A stretch of DNA of 63,749 bases, filler included, from Octopus bimaculoides (GCF_001194135.2; 11 parts of 10 records of this genome joined end to end with filler, not necessarily neighbours in it), one strand, 5' to 3'. Shown: positions 13,058-25,858, numbered from the whole stretch's first letter. A program made the numbers and translations. Notes: a model not told the origin generated them from the sequence alone.

Positions 13058-13280
13058 GTAAGTTGTTTACTAAACCTGAAAAGAGTAAGATGCATTCATA
13101 TGCATGCAAGCATACATTCATACACACACACACACATACACACACACACACATACATATATACATGCATACATGCATACATACATACATACACACAAACA
13201 CTTAGATCAAGTGAGCATGTATATATTTCCACATACATATATTCAAGAAGTCTAGCATGTAGTATGTGTATATACAAAAG

Positions 13281-13430
13281 GTGGTGAGCTGGCAGAATCG
13301 TTAGCACGCCAGGCAAAACGCTTAGCGGCATTTGGTCCGTCTTTACGTTGTGAGTTCAACCTTTCATCGATGTTATTGACTTATCCCCACCCCCGAACTT
13401 CTGGCCTTGTGCCAAAATTTGAAACCAATA
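13281..13430 (+). mobile_element. tRNA-derived SINE, internally deleted
   Basis: ggtgagctggcagaatcgttagcacgccaggcaaaacgcttagcggcattt...gagttcaac...ggccttgtgccaaaatttgaaacc. Confidence 0.85.
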
Positions 13431-13480
13431 TGTGTGCGTATACACAAGTATAGTCATTTAGTTATCTGTGTAGTATATAC

Positions 13481-13664
13481 CCGTGCTCCGCAACCGGTAT
13501 GCCACGGCACATTGGTGTACCACAAGACGATGCTAGTTATGCCGCAGTGTAACCTGAATATAATTTTTCCCCATACTTTTAGTTATATTTCTAGTTCAGG
13601 CGTGCCGCCGAATTTTGAAAAGATTATATGTGTATCGCAAGTGAGAAAAGGTTGCGGGACGCTG
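13481..13664. mobile_element. Possible hAT-family MITE
   Basis: Imperfect terminal repeats ccgtgctccgcaacc and ggttgcgggacgctg; the TSD is not clear. Confidence 0.4.
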
Positions 13665-14087
13665 CTCTATGCAGAAATCAGAAGATACAGATCCACTTAT
13701 GTAATAAAATCCATGCCTGCACCTATGTATGCTTATGCGCCAACATATCTATATCTATGGATTCATATATGCATACATGTGTATTTGCATACAAGTGTAC
13801 GTACATACATCGTAATACATACAAGCATACTACAAACGATCACATATGGGTCAATAAAATTCTGCAAGAACTTCTTAAGATTTAAAGGATGATTTACGAA
13901 AGAAAATGGTTTCCTTCACAACCTTGCCATTGGCCGATCAAAATTAGCTTTAAATCAAAAAGAGAAAAGAAACGAACGTTTTTACATATAAGATTACCCA
14001 GTTTGATGTTGCTTAAATTCCAACGAAAGAGACTTATTTCTTGGCTGGAAACCTCGCTTGGTAGACGGAAACTGGAAGAAGACTGTC

Positions 14088-14141
<54 letters not shown>

Positions 14142-14883
14142 NNNNNNNNNNNNNNNNNNNNNNNNNNNNNNNNNNNNNNNNNNNNNNNNNNNNNNNNNNN
14201 NNNNNNNNNNNNNNNNNNNNNNNNNNNNNNNNNNNNNNNNNNNNNNNNNNNNNNNNNNNNNNNNNNNNNNNNNNNNNNNNNNNNNNNNNNNNNNNNNNNN
14301 NNNNNNNNNNNNNNNNNNNNNNNNNNNNNNNNNNNNNNNNNNNNNNNNNNNNNNNNNNNNNNNNNNNNNNNNNNNNNNNNNNNNNNNNNNNNNNNNNNNN
14401 NNNNNNNNNNNNNNNNNNNNNNNNNNNNNNNNNNNNNNNNNNNNNNNNNNNNNNNNNNNNNNNNNNNNNNNNNNNNNNNNNNNNNNNNNNNNNNNNNNNN
14501 NNNNNNNNNNNNNNNNNNNNNNNNNNNNNNNNNNNNNNNNNNNNNNNNNNNNNNNNNNNNNNNNNNNNNNNNNNNNNNNNNNNNNNNNNNNNNNNNNNNN
14601 NNNNNNNNNNNNNNNNNNNNNNNNNNNNNNNNNNNNNNNNNNNNNNNNNNNNNNNNNNNNNNNNNNNNNNNNNNNNNNNNNNNNNNNNNNNNNNNNNNNN
14701 NNNNNNNNNNNNNNNNNNNNNNNNNNNNNNNNNNNNNNNNNNNNNNNNNNNNNNNNNNNNNNNNNNNNNNNNNNNNNNNNNNNNNNNNNNNNNNNNNNNN
14801 NNNNNNNNNNNNNNNNNNNNNNNNNNNNNNNNNNNNNNNNNNNNNNNNNNNNNNNNNNNNNNNNNNNNNNNNNNNNNNNNNNN

Positions 14884-14910
14884 GTGAGAGTGAGAGAGAG
14901 AGAGAAACAG

Positions 14911-14945
<35 letters not shown>

Positions 14946-14978
14946 AACAGAGAAAGAAAGAAAGAAAGAAAGAAACAG

Positions 14979-15029
<51 letters not shown>

Positions 15030-15066
15030 AACAGAGAAAGAAAGAAAGAAAGAAAGAAATAAAGAA
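14884..15066. repeat. (GA)n/(GAAA)n compound microsatellite
   Basis: Direct reading. It produces the false ERKK and FLSF ORFs in the track. Confidence 0.95.
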
Positions 15067-16149
15067 AGATAGTGGGTGTGGTTGTGTTGCGTGTTTGTGA
15101 AAAGTTTTTTCTCGATATGATAGCCATATTCGGGTCGATGGATTGTGTGGATTAATAGGTTAGTTTGCCTTTTTCTTTTATCGTGTGCAGACAGCATTGA
15201 GAGTACTTTGCACTATAAATAACAATATTGGATGGTTGCATCTGCAGTGGGTTATGGTATATGTGCAGGTATACAATAGGGCTGAATTACAGCTTAGCCA
15301 ATGTAGCGTAAACCAGGAGTCCGGTTCGTCTCGGGTGACGCTTCTATGGAATGGGGTGGATGGGTGAGGTGGAACTTTTAGGTCTACTGTATAAACATGT
15401 ATAGGCTTAAGGGCCAGGCAAGGAGCTGCAAACTCAATTGCTGGCCCGGACGGCGCATAGTATGCGCCGCTTGGACCAGCACACCACAGTTTTACCGCCT
15501 ATACGTTCACTAGAAACCCAGTCGCAATATTGGCCAAAACAAAGTGCACATGTACGCACATATTCTAACATGCATTTGCATGTTAGAATATGTGCGTACA
15601 TAACAAGCAGTGCATACATATATACATACATACATACAAAGAAACACGCGCACACACACACATCCATGAACTACACACTTTTATCATAAGCACTTATAAA
15701 ACTCTTAATTGACCTGAACTTTAAACTCTACTTCTTCACATATTAATCTTACTGCTTTATCGTTTAACAAGTCCCAACACTCCTAAACCTGATATACATA
15801 ACGCTATATACGCATTCAAATACATGCCCGTATATATACACACACATACATGTTAATGATATATTCCATCTTAGACACGCGTGCACATTATGCCTGCGCA
15901 GATTAGCAAACACTGAAAAGTTACACGGGCCATATTCGGACATACACGCGCGCACCCACCACACACACACGCATACATATACATACATACATACATACAT
16001 GCATACATACATACATACATACATACATACATACAGGAAACCACTATTAAGTATATTCATGAGTACTATGGAAGGTCCGATTGAATGAAACCACCGAATT
16101 GCCTGAAAAAAATAGGCCCATTGCTTGCTAAAATATAATGTACAAACAG

Positions 16150-18234
16150 TACACAAGCTGCCTCAGCCAATTCCTCCAGAAGCATTATGAATCCAACAAC
16201 CTAGTGACCGTTGAGCAGGCCGGTGGAAAGAAAGGAGTGTGAGGACGTACCGATAAGCAACACTGTACTGTCTGAGGTAATATATAAAAAAAAAATATAT
16301 GGTTTAATTCTGGAAAGGCATTCGACTCTATTCCCCACTCATAGCTGCTGAAGTGTCTTCATTTGGCAAAAGCGGGTGCTACCCTAATTGCTGCCATTTG
16401 GAGGCTCACAAAGATCTGAGCCACAATTCTCACACTTAGAACAGAGAGTAGAACGATCGTTTCCTATACCATAAATATTTCAAAGAGAATATTCCAGGGA
16501 GATAGTCTCTTTGTCCTTCTGTTCATTTTGGCGTTAAACCCATTATCATTACTGTTACAAAAAACAAACGGCTACATTCTATGGTCTGAAACTGCAAGAG
16601 ATATTAATGTAACCCCTAATTTCTTTATGGATGAGTTTAAGATTTATGCTAAAAATGTTAACAATGGCAAAAACAACTGGAATTAATAACATTTTCAGCT
16701 GACATAGGAATGAAATTTGGCCAGCAGAAATGTTCTTATTTGCAAAACCTGTGCATCAATGGTCTCACTGTCTTTCCTGCCCCACATAAAGAATGGTGCA
16801 AGTAACTAAGCATTGATGAAAATATCATACCAAGATACTGTGAATAAAGACAGAGTAACCCAAGAATATTATACCAGACCAAGAACGATATGGCAGTCCG
16901 AACTCTCCTCTTACATCAAGACAATATGCCACAATGCATTTTCGGTACCAGTGCTGATTCCAACATTTGGGATACTTGACTGGTTTATAGAAGAAATCCA
17001 CTCCATAGACATTAAAACCCGCAAGATTCTAACATCAGCTGGAAATCTCTAGAAAAATAGTGATATCGACAGGATCTACCTGAAAAGAGATAAAGGAGGA
17101 GGGGCTTGAGATCAGTACAAACATCCCTTGAATGTCACATAGCCTCTCTCAGAAACACTTGCTAAACAACAGCAGCAAAAATAAATTCATTAACTTAGTG
17201 CTGAAAAATGAAGAAAACAGTATCGTACGTGTTGGAAGTGAGCTTCTTTGGAAGTATTCTCTTCTTGATCACCTCCCGTACAACCCTAAATCAGCTGGAC
17301 CTGTATATCTCAAAGAAGACCTGGAGGTGAAATGTTCAGTATAGCAAAAAGAAGATAATGCGTAGGTATGTTTCTCGTAGACTTGAAAAAAATAGTAAGA
17401 TTGTTGACATGAAGCGAGACCTTTCTTGGACTCGTGACTGCTATTTTACATCACACACCAAAGGCTATGCATTTGCAATCCAAGAACAGGAGATTGCTAC
17501 TAAATATCTAATGAACAAAAGAGACGGTGAAGCCCTTGCAGTTCCAAGATGCAACCGTAAATGTAAATTATGTCCTATTTCTGTGAAAGACATCATACTT
17601 GTGATTAACAGCCGCCAAAAAATGTCATCAGGGTACGACTTCCCTAAGCGACATGACGTTGTTCGGAAAAAAGGACTGCCCTGGAAAAATATAGAGAATC
17701 CTCCTGTTATAGGATATGTACACAAATATTAGCACAAGGAATACTGGTGGAACATTCCCATCAAAACAGCTGTCAAGTGTAAGCATAACTAACCGCTTAT
17801 TATTGTTTGGGACAGACAAGAAAAAGTATGTACTGTCATAGAGGTCAACTGTCCTGTTGATGTCAATATCTCAGAAAATCAGAGAAAGAAGATAATTATG
17901 GACAACTACTTCGAAACCTCCAGCTTCTATATCCGGATTACAAATTTACATTTAACCAATAATAATTAGAGCAATTGGTTTTGTAAGTAAATGCCTAAAT
18001 GACAGTCGGGATGAGCTTGAATTTTCAGAAAAAGAAATCAACCAACTGATTCACACATTACAAATGCAATCTGTAAGCGAAACAGTAAAACGAGGCAAGA
18101 CATTTCTCAGGTTAAAAATGTGACATTGTTTTCGTTATCTAAATTCCAAAGACGGTGCTTTGTGTCTTTGTTAGAAACCAGCTCCTTCAGAGGTAAAATT
18201 TAAATGATTAAAAACAGAAGTGACAGATACATAC
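16150..18234 (+). mobile_element. R4/Dong-like non-LTR retrotransposon (RT + restriction-like endonuclease), 5'-truncated and decayed
   Basis: Motifs include QAGGKKG, KAFDSIPH, QGDSL (about 16495), FMDEFK, GYAFAIQEQEIATKYL, CKLC..RHD and KHN.PLIIVWD. Stop at 18121-23, then a 3' UTR ending in ATACATAC. Confidence 0.85.
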
Positions 18235-18579
18235 ACCAACAACGAAACAGACCTTAAGCCAAAACACTTATTAGCCCAAAACAAACCACACTACGCCAAA
18301 ATTAAACTTACCATGGTATACACATAAGAACACGTGTGAGCACGCGCACACAGACACAACACACACACACACAAACTATAATATGTGGCGCTGGTCTCTC
18401 CTGGCTACCCATTGTATATATATGTACTCAATACGCATGCGTACTCCATATGCATAGGAATTAGTTGCTCCCGCTGATATGAATCCGGCGATGATCGCTG
18501 GATCCAGTCCAACTACCTTCATTGGATCTATTTAACGGAAAGAACTTTTCGTAGGGCCTTTTGCTAACAAATAAATATA

Positions 18580-18841
18580 CAGTAGTCCCTCGCCATATCG
18601 CGGTTCACCTATCGCGATTCACCTATCGCGATTCACCTATCGCGATTCACCTATCGCGGTCTTTTATTTAAGCTTATGTCGATTCTTCCGTAGTGTTGTT
18701 TTGCATTTATGATAAAATAAATATATACAAATTATAAAAACGATTAAAAAATATACAGTACAGTACTGTTTTACTTCGCGGATTTTCACCTATCGCAGGG
18801 GGTTTTGGAATGTAACACCTGCGATAGTCGAGGGATTACTG
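18580..18841. mobile_element. Tigger/pogo-like MITE (Tc1/mariner superfamily)
   Basis: TIRs cagtagtccctcg and cgagggattactg with TA on both sides (18578-79, 18842-43). It contains 4 x 14-bp ttcacctatcgcga at 18604-18659. Confidence 0.85.
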
Positions 18842-19024
18842 TATTCATTCTACCTTCTCTCCCTTTCTTCTCTTCCCGCTGTGTGTGTATGTATGAGTGT
18901 ACGTAGGTGTGCATTTATGCATTTTATGTACACTCACACACACACACGCAGGTACACACACACATACACACAAACACACACACACACACACACGCATGAT
19001 TATATGTTAATTTCTGCCACTCAG

Positions 19025-19140
19025 GTTTCCACGGCAAGAACAATGTCGATATGGCTAGAATAGAAAGCATCTGTGACTGTCTCAATGATATCTTAGACGA
19101 TTACCTACAGTTGTACTACGAGAAAAATTTCAGCAAGAAG
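19025..19140 (+). CDS. S-crystallin / sigma-class GST, next internal exon
   Basis: CTCAG acceptor (phase 1, completes Gly with the previous exon) and AAG|GTAACT donor. It encodes (G)[38 protein letters not shown], matching the S-crystallin FHG.NN..MAR...I.DC..DI.DDY motif. Confidence 0.95.
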
Positions 19141-19369
19141 GTAACTGCTTTCTCGTTTCATTTTCTTCTGTTCAATATTTTAAAACCACTTTTTCGTCCC
19201 TCAAAGAAACTCCAGCCAAACAAATTTCATCTGGTAAGTTTTATTTGACGATTTGACATAAATAAATGTTGCTTGGTTTAAGTATGTACGTACGTACATA
19301 CATACATACATACATACATACATACATACATACATACATACATACATACATACATACATACATACATAC

Positions 19370-20045
19370 GAAGACATTACGCATGTGATTAGCAATTGTC
19401 CTAAAATGTTGTCACGGTACTACCTCCCTATGCGGCACGATGTTGTCGCTAAGCCAATTTACAATGCCATCCGCTAAAAAAGACTGTCCGGAAATAAACT
19501 TAGAAAATCCCTCTGCTATGGAATACATTCATAAACGCCAACACAAGGAATACTGGTGGAATATTCCCATCAAAACTTCTGTCAAATGTAAACATAACAG
19601 GCCGGATATTGTTGATTGGGACAGAAGGGCAAAGGTATGTACGTACCGTCATGGAGGACAGCTGCCCTGCAAATATAAATATCTCTTTGAAAATCAAAGA
19701 AAAAGTGAATATTTATGGAAAACTGTTTCGAAATCTCCAGCCTCTATATCCAGACTATGAATTCATATTCATACCAATAATAATTGTGGCGCTAGGTTTT
19801 GTTAGTAAATGCTCAAAGGAGAATCTGGATAAACTGTTTTTTTCAGAAAGAGAAATCGACCGGCTAATTCATACATTACAAGTGCAATCTGTGAGTGGAA
19901 CAGTAAAAATATGCAAGACCTTTCTCAAGTTCCAAATGTGAATTTATTTGTATTAACTACATCCCAAAGAAGGAGTCTTGTATCTTTGTTGGAAACCGGC
20001 TCCCTCTTCAGTGGAAAATTTATAATAATTAAAAAATGCAAGAGA
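19370..20045 (+). mobile_element. 3' fragment of the same R4/Dong-like LINE, flanked by (TACA)n on both sides
   Basis: [39 protein letters not shown] and a stop at 19939-41. The 3' UTR resembles 18124-18226. (TACA)n tracts lie at 19286-19369 and 20046-20094. Confidence 0.9.
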
Positions 20046-20509
20046 CATACATACATACATACATACATACATACATACATACATACATACATACGTATCT
20101 ACAGCTTAGTCAAAAGGAGAAATGTAGAATAAATGATCTTTCTTCAGGGACTCCGTGACTGACGGAGCAAAAGGGGAAATGTTATTTCCAAACCGGGAGC
20201 CAAACTCTTTTGCTTGAAACAGAGTAGACTCTGCAAAATTTTCTTCAAGGACCAGATGGTGGTGTTAAAACGAGAGACAGATTCAGTATGCCAGTTAAGA
20301 ACAGGAACTATCTATTCTGTAGCCTTGCACTGTTTGCATCTCCGAAATTTCTCACAGCATTTTGGTCAATTTTAAGCTATGACAGAAGACACCTGCTCAT
20401 GGTGCCGTGCAGTGGGATCGGACGTGAAACCAAGTAGTTTTGAATCAAACTTCTTAACATTACTGACGATTTGGTTTTACTCGTATAGTAAGAGTTTGTA
20501 CTCATGATA

Positions 20510-20615
20510 GTAAGGTCGTAGGTTCAATTCCTGTACCAGGTGGTGCGTTCTCTTGAGTAGGGTACTTCATTTCCCATTGCTCCAGTTAACTCGGATGAAA
20601 ATGAGTATAGCCAAA
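20510..20615 (+). mobile_element. tRNA-derived SINE fragment (same family as 50725-50990)
   Basis: taaggtcgtaggttcaattcctg...cttcatttcccattgctccagttaactc...aaaatgagta. Confidence 0.6.
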
Positions 20616-23299
20616 TGTTAGTGCATCTCTCTCTCTCACTCCACCTGCAATATTCTGGATGTTCTCCTGTGTCATGAGAGGGGAATTTGAGAACATACCT
20701 GTGTCTGTTTTTGACTACATAGACACTAAAATATTGGGCGAAAGTATGGTACATTTCCAAGTCATAATCGTTTGCGAGTGGTGGCTATGCTTGTTATAAT
20801 CAACTAATATTAAAGTGATATTGTCTTATTGTCTCTCAGTGGGATTTAAACCACTTATTATTCAGTATTTCGTTCATTTTTACCATTTCTCCTCCCGCAA
20901 GCCAATAAGCACTATGATTATATCATCTGACCCATTGGTTCGTAAACTGACAAATACAGAACCCCTACAAAAAAAAAAAGAAAAGAAAAATAGTGATTGT
21001 TGTTGTATCTCTCCTCTATATTGATAAAACAATATAGAGTTTATATCCATATATTTTTTTCCTTTCACTATGGTGTTGAACCAGTTAAAAATATTTGAAA
21101 CCATCTTAATTCTACAAAACATTTCTTTTTTTCCGGCCCCTTTTCAATTCTCAATGCATTCCCTTATGAGAAATTACACAATATACACTAGATTTCACTC
21201 GTGCTTATGGGGTCACAGAACATATTTTGTTAACTATTTTAAAGAGAACATTAAAGGTTAAGGGGGTTGATACCTCGCTCACTTCGTCGGTGTGATTATC
21301 TAGGATAAAGCCAACAGGTTTCCAAATAGTATACATGAATGTAAATTTGTATCACTGTTTATCGTAATTAACAACTTTGAACAAGGACAGCTTTGTAATG
21401 AGTGATTCATTGAGATCGATTCCATCTGCAGGAAATATTTCCTCCAATAGGTAGACGTCTTACCAAATGTAAGACGGAAATTTGTCTCACCTCCGTCTTA
21501 TGCATTAGTTCAACATACTTCGAAGTTCAGTGAATAGGAAACTCTATATCCTTAACTACACGAGACTAATCTTGCCTACGACATGACGCTAGTATATCAC
21601 AGTTAATTTTACCATAATCTGGCCCTGTTTCCTCATTTAAGTAAAAATAAGCTTTGGTAGAAGTCTTCTGCCAAGACACAATGAAATGCCAGAGGGGTAT
21701 ACAAACTCACGACCGATAATTTATTATTCACTCAACCATTAAGTATCAATACTGAAATATCTACTGAAATATCTACTTTTTTTAGAGACACTTTCAAATT
21801 TATCAGAATATTTGGGCTGAAGATTGGAATAGTGAAATTTTCATTCACTTAACCATGAAACGATTCGTATCCAATTAACTAAAGACTTGGTTTGTTTACG
21901 CTTTTCCCTCCGGTTTTTTGTTCTATGTGTGCCATAAATATCGCCATCCGTTTTAGAGAAAAATTTGTAGTTTAGAATCAGTAGTTCTTTGACTGCTATT
22001 TCTAAATTTTCAGTATGTTGNNNNNNNNNNNNNNNNNNNNNNNNNNNNNNNNNNNNNNNNNNNNTTAATTAATTAANNNNNNNNNNNNNNNNNNNNNNNN
22101 NNNNNNNNNNNNNNNNNNNNACACACATACAAGCTTGTTACCAGGTCAAATGTACTTGAAGCATATTTGAACCTATAAGAAATCCATTTACAGCATTTTG
22201 TCATCGAGAAAATGTTTCTTTGCAGACAAATAGGTGTAAATACACTGATTCAGCTGTCAGCAATGCCTAACCAGACTGTGAGATGCACGCATTTCAGAGT
22301 TGTTATTTCCTCTTCAGCGACAGATACTTGAAAGGGAAAAACTGCAAGCTGACACTCGAGACAGACTTCCCTTATGATATTCCTGTCATTGTTTAATGAC
22401 TGGTTGAACTATTCAGCAGTTTACCATAAATAAAATAGATATTTTATCTATGGCAAGCCACTGAATATTGCAACACACACACACACACACACAATTTCCA
22501 AGATTCAAGGGAATCAAGTACTTAAATAGTAAAGCAGGTAGGTCAGGTCAGTGATAGGTTTATCGTGCACAAGCAATATTTAAGGACAAATACGTACCTA
22601 CCAAAGTGAACATGGATTTGTACTCTGGTTGTGCATACAATCACAAATGGCTGACTGAATACACAATGAGTCGTCAAGGTTGCACATGGCTACACTAACT
22701 GCACCTATTACGTCACACTCAGTAGATTCCAGATCCAAACAAATTGCAGGTTTCAAATTAGGTGAATGATAAACAAATAACTGATGGATTGTGGTTCACT
22801 ACAACTGTTTCAGACGTGTNNNNNNNNNNNNNNNNNNNNNNNNNNNNNNNNNNNNNNNNNNNNNNNNNNNNNNNNNNNNNNCATCAGGTGAATACAGGTA
22901 AGAATTAAACATTTTGAACATTTCAAGAACAAGTAAAGAGACTCTCTGACCGAATTTGGGTCGGTAGATTCAAATGGCGTTTTGTACTTGTGCTTGAAAT
23001 ATTCAAAGTGCATTCACCTTGTTAGACTTGACAATTACGAACTCCATGTGAGTAAGGAGAGGTCCTGTCGAGGATATTCCATGCCATGTTGAAGAAGTCA
23101 CTTTTTTGGTTCTGGAGTCTCCAAATGAAGCAAGACAGGGAGATAGTGCTTTTTCTCGTCCTTACACCTGAAGGAGCATATGTGATGCGTAAATCTCCCT
23201 CTTAAATCTTTGGCTGTTATGCTATGTAGTGTCTTATAATGCCATTGAAATTTCGGAGGCTACAAGTTGGGGTGTCGATAGAAACTGTGTGGGCTCGTG

Positions 23300-24400
23300 A
23301 CTGTTTGTATTGTAGTATGTAATGCTGGAAGTAATATTATCTAAGCATGAATTGATAACCTCGACATTATGAGCACTAACAAGTTTATGATATATATAGG
23401 TTCTCAAAAATGCTGTATAATTCGCGACAGGAAGATGCTAGCTACGTCAATGAAAACTTCTAAATTGCATGAGAGATTAAACCACATTACCTTTCTCTTA
23501 ATAACACTGTGTGAATTTGGAGATGAGTGTGAGTAATCCTCCATATACTAACTTACCAGTGGAACTACATCTTGCTGCTAATGCTTGGCTATATTGGATT
23601 TTGGCCTTATTGAAGATATCTTTGTTAATAGGGTTGGATATTCTCCTGCTGNNNNNNNNNNTATTGAAGATATCTTTGTTAATAGGGTTGGATATTCTCC
23701 TGCTGATATTTGTGAGTAGTTTTCATATTATATCCGGGATCGGGGTTTCTATAGATGTAAATAAGCTTGCTTTAGGTGTCCAGAGTGAAATCCAAAAGGT
23801 GATCTTCAAGTTGGTGGTAGAAGTTATGCTGAGGCTGAATTCTTTGAAGATGTTTATAAAATACTTCCAGAACATGTTCATGGTGTGACCATTCATATGG
23901 CTTGAGTCTATTTGGTCATCGTTCCTGTACAAGGCCGAACTCTGAGATTCAGTGCGTTTTTATGGCATTGGGGATACCCCCAGAAACCCAACGAGGTCAG
24001 CGACCTCATCTTCACCGTAGCTTCCCATAGACACATTAAACATTGGGTAGCGTACCGTTTTCTTCGTCTCGTAGGAATAATTGCGAAGGAGATATGACTT
24101 CGTAGCATTCGGAATGATTCTGATATCGAGGTTGTAAATTTGTCTACAGAAGACTGTGGCTTTCAGGATGAGAAATTTCGATACTGAAGAGTAGCAATCC
24201 ACGATATAGGACAGGATGAATTTACAGTTAATCACAGCGATACTGAAGTTTAATTAACCAAACTTGTAGCCCTTCTAATATCAGGGTTGCAATCGACAAT
24301 GCGTTTACTTACAATGCTTGTCTCGTTCATGGCTGGATTGCTTAGCCTGCTTTTAAGTTGTGAAAGACAGTCGGGTTTGTGCTCTTTAAATGTGATATAG
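23300..24400 (-). mobile_element. Penelope-like element reverse transcriptase fragment
   Basis: The minus strand reads FNVSMGSYGEDEVADLVG, LYRNDD and IINIFKEFSLSITSTTNLKIT.F-like segments, typical of PLE RT (FDVTMGSYDGAEV.ELVG / GLYRDDG / SIT..TNLK.VDFLDV). Confidence 0.8.
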
Positions 24401-24479
24401 GAAGAGTTTATGTGACCACCAAAATCATTTATCTTTAGGAGAGGTGACTAGTTTCTTCACTTCAGTGTTTATTGTTTGT

Positions 24480-24670
24480 CACTCTCTGTGTCACTCAGTG
24501 GTTGACACTAGGATGGGTATATGACCGTAGAAACGACGCCAAAGTAGACACTGGGGCTTGGCACAGTCCCAAGTCTCGCAGACTCCTGTCGAAGCGTCGA
24601 GAAAATGGACATTAAATGATGGTAATGATGATTATGATGACGATGTTGATGATAATGGTGATTTGAGTTT
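24480..24670 (+). mobile_element. SINE/LINE 3' end with (GAT)n-type tail
   Basis: ...cctgtcgaagcgtcgagaaaatggacattaaatgatggtaatgatgat matches the reverse complement of the end at 37962-38030. Confidence 0.55.
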
Positions 24671-25858
24671 TNNNNNNNNNNNNNNNNNNNNNNNNNNNNN
24701 NNNNNNNNNNNNNNNNNNNNNNNNNNNNNNNNNNNNNNNNNNNNNNNNNNNNNNNNNNNNNNNNNNNNNNNNNNNNNNNNNNNNNNNNNNNNNNNNNNNN
24801 NNNNNNNNNNNNNNNNNNNNNNNNNNNNNNNNNNNNNNNNNNNNNNNNNNNNNNNNNNNNNNNNNNNNNNNNNNNNNNNNNNNNNNNNNNNNNNNNNNNN
24901 NNNNNNNNNNNNNNNNNNNNNNNNNNNNNNNNNNNNNNNNNNNNNNNNNNNNNNNNNNNNNNNNNNNNNNNNNNNNNNNNNNNNNNNNNNNNNNNNNNNN
25001 NNNNNNNNNNNNNNNNNNNNNNNNNNNNNNNNNNNNNNNNNNNNNNNNNNNNNNNNNNNNNNNNNNNNNNNNNNNNNNNNNNNNNNNNNNNNNNNNNNNN
25101 NNNNNNNNNNNNNNNNNNNNNNNNNNNNNNNNNNNNNNNNNNNNNNNNNNNNNNNNNNNNNNNNNNNNNNNNNNNNNNNNNNNNNNNNNNNNNNNNNNNN
25201 NNNNNNNNNNNNNNNNNNNNNNNNNNNNNNNNNNNNNNNNNNNNNNNNNNNNNNNNNNNNNNNNNNNNNNNNNNNNNNNNNNNNNNNNNNNNNNNNNNNN
25301 NNNNNNNNNNNNNNNNNNNNNNNNNNNNNNNNNNNNNNNNNNNNNNNNNNNNNNNNNNNNNNNNNNNNNNNNNNNNNNNNNNNNNNNNNNNNNNNNNNNN
25401 NNNNNNNNNNNNNNNNNNNNNNNNNNNNNNNNNNNNNNNNNNNNNNNNNNNNNNNNACCGCTTGGTTACGGAGACATACGTATGTATACCCTCTTTTCTG
25501 GTTATGTCATAAAAATATAAGATTTACGAGTTGCATTCCATAAGTTTTGAGACATTTTTTCAGGAGAAACAGTCATAACTGTCTTAGATTATTTTAACTT
25601 TTGCATATNNNNNNNNNNNNNNNNNNNNNNNNNNNNNNNNNNNNNNNNNNNNNNNNNNNNNNNNNNNNNNNNNNNNNNNCTGCCTGCTAAACGCTGCTTG
25701 TTACAGTTGATTAGTTTGCAGAATGCAGTCAGGCAGACGAAATGCCGCTAAGCATTTAGCCCGGCATGTTAATAAATCTGTCAGCTCACCATCTTAATTG
25801 ACAATATGATTGCTCCTATGAATAATTAAAATTGATGCTTATCTCGTTTCAGCCGAAC

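Noticed and set aside
15191-15268. Exon-like segment inside the GST intron
   Set aside because: In the required phase 1 it hits a stop, and the donor is weak.
21456-21500. Two mutually exclusive 8-9-bp hairpins sharing a strand
   Set aside because: They are short, and the ccgtctta motif also occurs in a common repeat (about 9185).
23610-23705. About 40-bp direct repeat around a 10-N gap
   Set aside because: Typical unmerged contig overlap.
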